This document shows positions 56,473 through 64,000 of a stretch of 64,000 nucleotides of DNA, in pieces (within the stretch, counting starts at the first letter, position 1; every line of letters begins with the position of its first letter). Below the pieces are notes generated by a model. It worked only from the letters and a program-made list of their open reading frames with translations. It did not search any database and was not told the origin of the DNA. The stretch is taken from IMG/VR virus record IMGVR_UViG_3300046457_000118, positions 1 to 64,000 of that record. One strand, given 5' to 3'. The DNA comes from a virus. Position numbers and translations under genes: made by a program.

Positions 56473-57037
56473 CCGGTTCGTGGTGGTGGGTTTCGACCCA
56501 TCACTGCGTAACTGGGGCGTGGCCAAGGGTATCTATGTCCCTGCGGAGAAGAAGCTCGTCATCGAATACCTCGATGTGATCCATACCCAGCATGACGACA
56601 GCAAGCAGGTACGTAACAACTCCAAGGACTTGGAGACCGCACAGCAGCTTTGCAAAGGTGCCTGGGAGGCCTCAGAAGGCGCTCAGGCGATCTTTGTGGA
56701 AGTCCCGCATGGAAGCCAGTCCGCAAGGGCAATGGCTTCCTACGGCATCTGTGTAGGCGTTCTGGGAGCATTGCGTACCGCAGGCATCCCGTTCTTCGAG
56801 GTGTCCGAGTCGGAAGTCAAGAAGGCGACTACCGGCAACCGGAAAGCCACGAAGACCGAGACCATCGCATGGGCCATGGCCAAGCACCCCGAAGCTCCTT
56901 GGCCGATGTATTCCCGCAATGGTCAATTGTTGGTGTCCGAAGCCAAGGCTGAACACATGGCTGATGCTATCGGTGCCATCTACGCTGGCCTTGCCAGCAA
57001 ACCGTTTCAACAACTCATCCCCTTCATCACCCCTTAA
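56447..57037 (+). CDS. RuvC-like Holliday junction resolvase
   Basis: GFDPSLRNWG, FVEVPHGSQSARA, EHMADA. Confidence 0.85.
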   Translation: MTNLRRATDRFVVVGFDPSLRNWGVAKGIYVPAEKKLVIEYLDVIHTQHDDSKQVRNNSKDLETAQQLCKGAWEASEGAQAIFVEVPHGSQSARAMASYGICVGVLGALRTAGIPFFEVSESEVKKATTGNRKATKTETIAWAMAKHPEAPWPMYSRNGQLLVSEAKAEHMADAIGAIYAGLASKPFQQLIPFITP

Positions 57038-57047
57038 AGGAAGCACC

Positions 57048-57521
57048 ATGAAAATGCAACTGACCCAAGACGAAATCAAAGCCGCCATCGCCCGTTACGT
57101 CCATAACGTGATCGGCATCGATCTGACGTACAACGATCTGGCGATCAGCTTCTCGGCCACCCGTCTGGAAGGCACCATCGCCTTTCTGGACATCACCACC
57201 AAGACGAAAGCCGCTGTGTCTGCAATCGTGGGCACCTGCACGCCGACGATCCCCGGCTATTCGGAACCTGCCGAAGATGTCACGGCCATCGATGCGCCGG
57301 CACTGGCTGAACCGGTTGCCGATCCCGGTACGCCGGAAGTCGCTGCCGAGGCACAAGCGGAAGCCACGCTGAACGATCCGGTGCAACTGGCCGAGACCGT
57401 GGTGGAAGCCGAGCCGGAAGTCGTTGCTGAAGCCAGCATGACGGAAGAAGCTCCGGTTGCTGAAGTGGTACCGAAGAAGTCCACGGCCACGCTGTTCGGC
57501 AAGCCTGCGACTGCTGCCTAA
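57048..57521 (+). CDS. Acidic low-complexity protein with SSB-like C-terminal tail
   Basis: MKMQLTQDEIKAAI..YV; ends TLFGKPATAA. Confidence 0.7.
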   Translation: MKMQLTQDEIKAAIARYVHNVIGIDLTYNDLAISFSATRLEGTIAFLDITTKTKAAVSAIVGTCTPTIPGYSEPAEDVTAIDAPALAEPVADPGTPEVAAEAQAEATLNDPVQLAETVVEAEPEVVAEASMTEEAPVAEVVPKKSTATLFGKPATAA

Positions 57522-57524
57522 TCC

Positions 57525-57719
57525 ATGATGCTGATCTACGGTATCGTCGTCATTGCCATCATCGCAGGACTGTTCTTCGTGTCCATGCTGTTGTCGGCTG
57601 TGATGTCCGTGATCGGTGGTGTCATCGGTGCCGCCCTTGCGGGTGGTGCCGTGATAGCATGGATTTATCTCTGCTGGTGCGGTTACCGTGCCAACAGGAA
57701 AAAAGGTGTCCGCAGGTAA
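57525..57719 (+). CDS. Small membrane protein
   Basis: Long hydrophobic stretch and basic C-terminus. Confidence 0.65.
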   Translation: MMLIYGIVVIAIIAGLFFVSMLLSAVMSVIGGVIGAALAGGAVIAWIYLCWCGYRANRKKGVRR

Positions 57720-57729
57720 TTGCTGACCG

Positions 57730-58076
57730 TCACCCTCACGAAACGAGGGCAAACCTTTCAAATGGGTAGAGTAAAAATATCCCTCGGCATAAACGAGGGA
57801 CCACACAGAGAGGCTTTCTCGGATGCATAGGGGCATGCTCACATGTTCCCTTATAAGCCTGACACCTTGAAAGTCTCTCTGTGTGGTGACGTGCAATGCT
57901 GATGCACAGGCAGGCTCCCAGTTAATTCCTTTTCTGGCAGCTTGCTGTCGGTGGAGATGGATTTCCATGGGGGCCGACAAGCCGGATGAAGACAGCACCG
58001 GCCACCACTACATACCTGTTCCGGGAAGGATGGGTAAGCAGAAGAAGAAAGCCCCCTCACGGGGGCTTTTCTTTTT
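57730..58076 (+). ncRNA. Candidate ~340-nt structured non-coding RNA
   Basis: At least eight helices including an 18-bp stem; G-U pairs consistent with + strand; ends at terminator. Confidence 0.55.
58047..58076. terminator. Bidirectional terminator
   Basis: GAAAGCCCCC-TCAC-GGGGGCTTTTCTTTTT. Confidence 0.85.
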
Positions 58077-61000
58077 AGTTGAAGGGCATCGTTACTGCCT
58101 TGTACGTGGCCAGCGTACCGATGGCTTGTGGGTAAGTGAACACACCAGCTTCAAGCGGGTTGTTACCCAGTCGATGGTAGAAGGAAGAATCCATCACCGT
58201 CGGCAGATGCTTGAAGTAGTGCGACAAGGCCACCAGTCCCAGAGCACGTCCCGGATTACCCCGGTGCAGTGCCAGCAGCACCTTCTGGATACGCAGGTAG
58301 TACTTGGTGAACCTCACGAAGCCCATGTCGTTCAGGTACTGGGTACGGCGATCCGTGGGCACGTCATAGAAGATGAATGCCTCGGATGCCAACGAGACGG
58401 CTTCCTCCTTTGACATCGGGTCTTTCTTCTTGGTCGTCATGTGCTGGTACAGCGTATAGCGACCAAGGAAGTCCGAGATTTGGGCAGCTTCCGACAGCAA
58501 CTGGTAGACATAAGTTTCATGGCCCATGTACAACTGGTTGGCCACCGACTTGACATCCGGATTGATCCAGCTAGTCAGTTGCTCCGTACGCTTGTTGAAC
58601 TTCGACTTGTACGAGTAGATGTCGTCATCCATCTCCACATCATCCACGATGGTCGGCATCAGGCCCGCTTGGATCAGTTCATGCATCGGGTTCCTTGCCA
58701 GTGCATCCTTCAGCTTGGCTACCCGAGCTTTATCCTCATTCACGTTGCCGGACGTTCCGGTGTCGAGCTTGGTCTGCAATGCGAACAGTTCAGCACTGTC
58801 ACGCTTGTAGGCGATAGCGCCACGGAATGCAATGCGGTGACTGCGGAAGATTTCCGTCAAAGGTACACCGAAGCCATACAACATAGAGATGTTCGAGGTC
58901 ATGTTGCCCATCAAAGTGGACAGGTTCTTCACGACCACGATGTCCTTGGCTTCCTTCACCAGCCACTGCCACATCTCTTCGACAGTACGCAGACGCACCA
59001 TTGCACGGGCTTCACGCGACTTGAAGTCTTCCGGATCAGCATGGTCGGACAGCATCTTGCCGGTACCGAGGAAACTCAACACATCCCCCATCAGCTTCTC
59101 CCAACCCTTGCGTGCTTCACGATCCTTCTTCAACACATCCGTGATCGACAGCTTACGGTAGCCGAAGGTCATGTCCAGCAGATCGATACGCACCTGCATG
59201 GCATCCGACTTCCACACTTCACGGATGGTCTGCTTGGCCGACTCAGGCAGTAGACGATAGATTTCACGCATCTCCGGATCAGCCGAACGCGGACCCACTT
59301 CGATGAATGAACGGGGACGCTCGTTGAACTCCTTACGGTACTGTTCATACAGCGTTTCCACCACCGTGCGGTTCTGTTTAGGCGTGCCTTCCTTGTCGTA
59401 GATCGAACCTGCCATCGTGCCCATCAGCTTGTCGAAACGGTTGTCCCGGTCAAGCACATTATCCTTCACGTCATTGGCCATCATGTAGCGGTAGTTGACC
59501 TTATCACCCTGTGGATTGATGACAGGTACAAGGTACTCTTCCGTCACCTTGTCCGGTTCAATCGGATGGGTGAACATACGCTGCACATCGTCTGCCACAT
59601 TCTGGCCGATCTGGTGCATCATTTCCGCGTTGTATAGTCCTTGATCGCTGAAGAAGTCCAGTACGCCGTTGTGCTTGGTCGTACCCTTGGTATTCATCGA
59701 GGTCAGCGACATGCTGCCGGTCAGGTATGGTTGCAGACCCGAGCCATGACGTGCCATCAGGTAGTTACCACCTGCTTCCGGATCAGCCTTGGCTGTTGCC
59801 AGCTTCATGCCTTGACCAAAGCCTTGATCACGCAAGTCATCGAGTTCATCCTTACTTGCCAGACGCAGTTCGACATAAGGGTTGTAGACCTCCGGCAGAT
59901 AGCCCTTCATCATCAGGGCTTCCTGATCCTTGAACAGACGTTCCTTCGAGTCGGCTTGCAGCTTCTCGTGCAGCTTCAGGGCCATCTCGACACCGTTGCC
60001 CTCATCCCGTGCCATCTCCTTGGCCATCAGTTCACTGGCCGTCGTCTTCTCATCGGCATTCGAGTAATGCAGGGCATACAGCGATGCCAGATGATCGATG
60101 GCCGGTTCGAAGCGCATGGCATCCTGTGGCATTGCCTGAGTTGTGCCATACAGGCGTGCGATGGCATGGGCATTTTGCATGGTGTTGGCGGCTCGTGCCT
60201 TGCCATTCACCATCTTGTAGCCCAGTGCCTTGGCTGCATTCACGTAGTACATCTGGTGCGGCGACGTAGCCAGTTCCTGCGTCACATCGACGATGGCTTG
60301 GGACAGCTTGGCTTGGTCATTCAGCAGGGCATGCAAGTCCTTCATGTCCGTGTAACGGGACATCAGGGACGCCATGTCGGTGCGCAGGAACACGTTGCTA
60401 ACGGCCTTCTTCATGTCGTCCGTCAGGTTCTTGCCCTCATCGCTGAAGGACTCGATCAGTACCTTCGAGGTACCGGCGATCAAGTCCTTGCGCTTGCCTT
60501 CAAACAGCTTGGCCATGCGCAGCAGATGCAGGAACACTCGGTTGCCATCATGGGCACCACGAATCTCGTTGATAGTGTTGGCGAACATGCCGTTACTGTA
60601 GTGGAAGTGCTGGTCACTGAAGTCCTGATACGCCTGGACCACATGGTCCAGGCGTTCCTTGACCGTAGCCGACACCAACGAGCCAGTCATCTTCAGGTAG
60701 CCGTTCTTGGCTTCCTTGAAGAACTTCGAGTTGGCCACCTCATCGACCTTGTTACGTGCACCCTTGGCCACCGAATTGAGCATACCTTCGATGGCATTGA
60801 CGGTCTGCGACTGTTCCACGTTCAGGCGGGCACGACGCTTGGCTTCGATCATCACAAGCTGGGTTGCCAGCGAGTCCAGCTTGCTGTCTGCCTGCTCGCC
60901 CATGCGGGTCTTGGTCCAGCGACCGACCACCCATTGCAGGGCTTCCTGCAACATCTGGTTCAGCTTACCCAGCAGGGTATCGGCAAACTGTTCGTCCGAC

Positions 61001-64000
61001 TTCAGCTTGGTCTTGAATTGCAGCAGGGCGTTGATCTTCGGATTAACCAAGCCAAGGGACACGAAGCGCGACAGATAGTCCGTATTCGGCGTCAGGGCAA
61101 ACAGGAAGTCATATTCATCCTGCGTCAGTCCAGTACCGATCTGATCCTTCAGCTTGTCACGGGCTTCCTCGTACAGCTTGCCGAGTTCCTTGAAGGCCAC
61201 GCTGGTCACGCCATCGGCTCCCGACAGGGCAGCACGCATGGTCACTTCCACCTGTTCCAGCACGAAGGCCACCTGCTCGTTACCTGCCAAGCCATGGGCC
61301 ACCGCATCCAGAGCGAATGGTGCCGTGCCATTGGTCTGGGCATTGGCCCAGATCGAGGCGGCACCCAGCGTACTGGTGCTCATGGCATCCTGACCGAAGG
61401 CACCGTAGATCGGGCTGAAGGTCTCGATCAGGCTGCTCAACAAGCCACGCAGACGGACATCATCTTGAGGCGACAATGGGTTGTTGGCGTTCTGCCCCAG
61501 TTCATTGTAGATGTCTGCCGTGGTATAACTCTGGGCCGGAGTAGCGTGCATCAAGGTCAGTTTGACACGCTCTGCCTCATTACCACGTGACTGTTCCATC
61601 AACCCAGAAACGTTGTAAATGAGGATCGACAATGCACGTTCTTTCGTGTCGGTGGCATCACCAAAGAACAACTTGGTCATGGCATTGGCAAACACTTTCA
61701 TGGCCTTGACCAAACGATTGCCACTAGTGCGAGACACCGGATACACGATCTGTTTCAGGAACTCTTGGAACTCCGGATTCGCCATGCCCCATGCGGTGAA
61801 CTCCTGCACATCCGTCAAAGCACCCTTAAACTTTTCGGCACCCGGATAGTTTTTCACGTAGGTCAGTAGGTCTTCAAGGTCTTTGATAATAGATTTACTA
61901 GCCTTCGAGACAGGTGAATCAATCTCATGCGAGATGGCAGCATGCACCAATTCATGCAGCACAGTCTCAATGTTCATACCACTCGATGCAAAACCATCAG
62001 ATTTTATGTACACATGGCTTTGCTGCCCTTTAGGTGCCAGTACGAACCAGCCGCATGCCTCTGAGTTTGGTAAGGAAAGCACTTCACCGGGATTGGTAGT
62101 AGGCGTAATCAGGTTGACGAACAGGTCTTCCGGCAGCACCTTGGCAAGCTGTTTTGCCAGCATATTGTTGACGCCAGTAGTGTTCTTGACCATATAGTCG
62201 ATGGCTTCTTTGCCTGACAACGTGGCCTTGTCAGCGAACATTTTTTGTACCACCGGGTCCACTGCTCGCCACGTCGATACACCAAGACGACCGAACGGCG
62301 TCAAGCCAGTGCCATCAAGCGAATTCATGATGCGAGCAGTCTGCTCGATCTTCTCTGCCGTGTCAGGCTTACCTACCACAGCAGCTACTGCTGCCATGTC
62401 GGCGCCCTTGGTTTCCATGGTCGGAGCGGCATCAGCCTCTTCCATCGGTGCCGTCTCCACTGCCTTGCCATCAGCGAAGTCACGGATGACATCGAATGCC
62501 TTGTGGGCTTCGTCGCTCATCTCGGTGACCACCGACTTGATATCGGCAAGTGCCTGTTCACGGACCGACTTCGGTACCTGATACTGGCCACTCTCCCATG
62601 TGTACTGGTCCACCACGCCAATCTTGGCGATGGTCGAGAGACGCACACGATCTGCATTCACGGCATTGGCGATGGCCATGGCACGGATACCGTTGACAGC
62701 TTCGGCCACCGACATATCCTGACGCTCCTTGGCTTTGACCTTGTTGCGTGCACCAACGACTTCCTTCCACTGGGCCACGATGGCATTCACATCGGCCTTG
62801 TCGATTTCGCCGTCTTGGATACGCTTGGCCAGATCGGCAGCGATCCGCTCCACCATGTTCAGGGCTTCACGGGCAGGCGAGAACTTCGACAGTGCCTGTA
62901 ACGTCGCACGGTTGATGGCCCCAGCTGCATTCGCCACTTCCAACACACCATGACCGATCTCGTCGTGCACGTTCAGGGCTTCCTGCACCGAGGCCAGAGC
63001 CGAGTGCATCAGGAACGAGTCGAGCGAGTGGATCAGGTAAGGCGTACCTGCCACACCCGGACTCGTCTCCACACGGTCCATGCCCTTCATGTGCAGGTTC
63101 TTGCTGGAACTGAAGGAGCCATCAGGATTGGCCTTGCCATTGACCACAGGCGAAGCCAAGGTGATCTGCGATTGCAGCATCGGGTCATCCGAAAGCTGGG
63201 TTTCCTGCTTGCCCATGTAGATACCATTGGCCAGATCACCACCCATCGAGTAGGCGGTATGGACCACTGGCAGCATGCCCGTCAGCTTCTCGCGCACAGC
63301 GTCTTCTTGTGCTGAGGTCAGGTCGGTACGGGGCTTCTTCTGCCCCTTGCCCGTTTCTTCGGTACCTCCGGTCTGCTCACGCCATGCCAGATGATCCTCT
63401 GCGATCAGGTCTTGAATAGCCTTCTTGCGTGCTGCCTTGTAGGCCACTTCGTACATGGCAAAGCCTGCCTGCACCGTACGGTTCAGGTCACCACGGCGTT
63501 CGATGAAGGTAGCGAAGTAGGACTCCATGGCCTGCTTGACTGGCTCACCCATGATGCCTCGGAAGGCTGCACGCAGCAGTTCCTCGCCATCCTTGGAGAT
63601 CGGATGGTTCATGAGTTCAGCAGCCTTGACGTTCGTGTCGAACGGCTGGATGTCACCCTGAGACTTCATCAACACATTCATGGCATTCACGAAGCCAGAC
63701 ACATCAGCAGGCTTGCCAGCGTGTTCTTCCTTGGCCAGCTTCTCGATCTTCTTGTAGATGCTGTCGATGAACTTGTTCTCCATCGCCGTGATGGAACCCT
63801 TCAGCGACGAACCGAAGGCGAATGCCGTCAGTGGCGTCTTCACCAGATCACGACCTTCCTTGGTCACATCCTGATTGGCATCCTGTAGCGTGCCGAGGAT
63901 CGACTGCATGGCATCGAACGGAGCATCCTTGGTGACGTGCTTCAGCAGGTAGGATGCCAAGTCCTGATACAAGTCCTTGCCCTTGGTGTCCTTGCGCCAC
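58075..64000 (-). CDS. Virion-encapsidated RNA polymerase (N4 gp50), 5' part outside window
   Basis: More than 1,965 aa; motif B RDLVKTPLTAFAFG, YLIHSLD, motif C VHD, HELVH, DFLGRY..Y, FTKYYLRIQK C-terminus. Confidence 0.93.
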   Translation of the reverse strand, partial: WRKDTKGKDLYQDLASYLLKHVTKDAPFDAMQSILGTLQDANQDVTKEGRDLVKTPLTAFAFGSSLKGSITAMENKFIDSIYKKIEKLAKEEHAGKPADVSGFVNAMNVLMKSQGDIQPFDTNVKAAELMNHPISKDGEELLRAAFRGIMGEPVKQAMESYFATFIERRGDLNRTVQAGFAMYEVAYKAARKKAIQDLIAEDHLAWREQTGGTEETGKGQKKPRTDLTSAQEDAVREKLTGMLPVVHTAYSMGGDLANGIYMGKQETQLSDDPMLQSQITLASPVVNGKANPDGSFSSSKNLHMKGMDRVETSPGVAGTPYLIHSLDSFLMHSALASVQEALNVHDEIGHGVLEVANAAGAINRATLQALSKFSPAREALNMVERIAADLAKRIQDGEIDKADVNAIVAQWKEVVGARNKVKAKERQDMSVAEAVNGIRAMAIANAVNADRVRLSTIAKIGVVDQYTWESGQYQVPKSVREQALADIKSVVTEMSDEAHKAFDVIRDFADGKAVETAPMEEADAAPTMETKGADMAAVAAVVGKPDTAEKIEQTARIMNSLDGTGLTPFGRLGVSTWRAVDPVVQKMFADKATLSGKEAIDYMVKNTTGVNNMLAKQLAKVLPEDLFVNLITPTTNPGEVLSLPNSEACGWFVLAPKGQQSHVYIKSDGFASSGMNIETVLHELVHAAISHEIDSPVSKASKSIIKDLEDLLTYVKNYPGAEKFKGALTDVQEFTAWGMANPEFQEFLKQIVYPVSRTSGNRLVKAMKVFANAMTKLFFGDATDTKERALSILIYNVSGLMEQSRGNEAERVKLTLMHATPAQSYTTADIYNELGQNANNPLSPQDDVRLRGLLSSLIETFSPIYGAFGQDAMSTSTLGAASIWANAQTNGTAPFALDAVAHGLAGNEQVAFVLEQVEVTMRAALSGADGVTSVAFKELGKLYEEARDKLKDQIGTGLTQDEYDFLFALTPNTDYLSRFVSLGLVNPKINALLQFKTKLKSDEQFADTLLGKLNQMLQEALQWVVGRWTKTRMGEQADSKLDSLATQLVMIEAKRRARLNVEQSQTVNAIEGMLNSVAKGARNKVDEVANSKFFKEAKNGYLKMTGSLVSATVKERLDHVVQAYQDFSDQHFHYSNGMFANTINEIRGAHDGNRVFLHLLRMAKLFEGKRKDLIAGTSKVLIESFSDEGKNLTDDMKKAVSNVFLRTDMASLMSRYTDMKDLHALLNDQAKLSQAIVDVTQELATSPHQMYYVNAAKALGYKMVNGKARAANTMQNAHAIARLYGTTQAMPQDAMRFEPAIDHLASLYALHYSNADEKTTASELMAKEMARDEGNGVEMALKLHEKLQADSKERLFKDQEALMMKGYLPEVYNPYVELRLASKDELDDLRDQGFGQGMKLATAKADPEAGGNYLMARHGSGLQPYLTGSMSLTSMNTKGTTKHNGVLDFFSDQGLYNAEMMHQIGQNVADDVQRMFTHPIEPDKVTEEYLVPVINPQGDKVNYRYMMANDVKDNVLDRDNRFDKLMGTMAGSIYDKEGTPKQNRTVVETLYEQYRKEFNERPRSFIEVGPRSADPEMREIYRLLPESAKQTIREVWKSDAMQVRIDLLDMTFGYRKLSITDVLKKDREARKGWEKLMGDVLSFLGTGKMLSDHADPEDFKSREARAMVRLRTVEEMWQWLVKEAKDIVVVKNLSTLMGNMTSNISMLYGFGVPLTEIFRSHRIAFRGAIAYKRDSAELFALQTKLDTGTSGNVNEDKARVAKLKDALARNPMHELIQAGLMPTIVDDVEMDDDIYSYKSKFNKRTEQLTSWINPDVKSVANQLYMGHETYVYQLLSEAAQISDFLGRYTLYQHMTTKKKDPMSKEEAVSLASEAFIFYDVPTDRRTQYLNDMGFVRFTKYYLRIQKVLLALHRGNPGRALGLVALSHYFKHLPTVMDSSFYHRLGNNPLEAGVFTYPQAIGTLATYKAVTMPFN

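Noticed and set aside
57851-58413. Small ORFs across the structured 57.7-58.0 kb gap
   Set aside because: No RBS, they cross a strong terminator or overlap the vRNAP gene, and dense base-pairing explains the region better
1-64000. Stop-codon reassignment or a diversity-generating retroelement
   Set aside because: Core genes are intact in the standard code with TAG, TGA and TAA all used as stops; no reverse transcriptase or TR/VR pair was seen

Overview
About 64 kb of an N4-like lytic podovirus (Schitoviridae), circularly permuted so that the likely genome-end junction lies at about 11.85-12.1 kb. The layout resembles LIT1/LUZ7-type phages, with lysis and tail-fibre modules in mid-genome. The host is probably a proteobacterium, possibly Burkholderiales (weak inference). 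Morphogenesis and packaging genes lie on the minus strand (1-11.85 kb: gp53/54/55-like, major capsid, portal, terminase), with one inverted dUTPase among them. Early and middle genes lie on the plus strand (12.2-36.4 kb): Drc-like SSB, two-subunit RNAP II split by an HNH-AP2 endonuclease, AAA/vWA pair, Dda-like helicase, family A DNA polymerase, rIIA/rIIB and a second vWA protein. A minus-strand lysis cassette and tail/receptor-binding genes follow (36.5-47.6 kb). A plus-strand block then encodes class II RNR, a nuclease, primase, Sak4, SSB and RuvC (47.7-57.7 kb). The window ends in the C-terminal part (about 1,970 codons) of the giant virion RNA polymerase. No tRNA, CRISPR array or integrase was seen. 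The most unusual signals are non-coding. (1) A short unit with its own hairpin promoter and terminator carries three UCCUUGA motifs complementary to the phage's own ribosome-binding sites. (2) A four-way-junction RNA precedes a dual-start holin. (3) A ~340-nt multi-helix RNA contains a kissing-loop candidate. (4) An element resembles the 16S rRNA 3' tail. The virion RNAP also has Phe at the motif-B position equivalent to T7 Y639. All structures were paired by eye and no database search was run.
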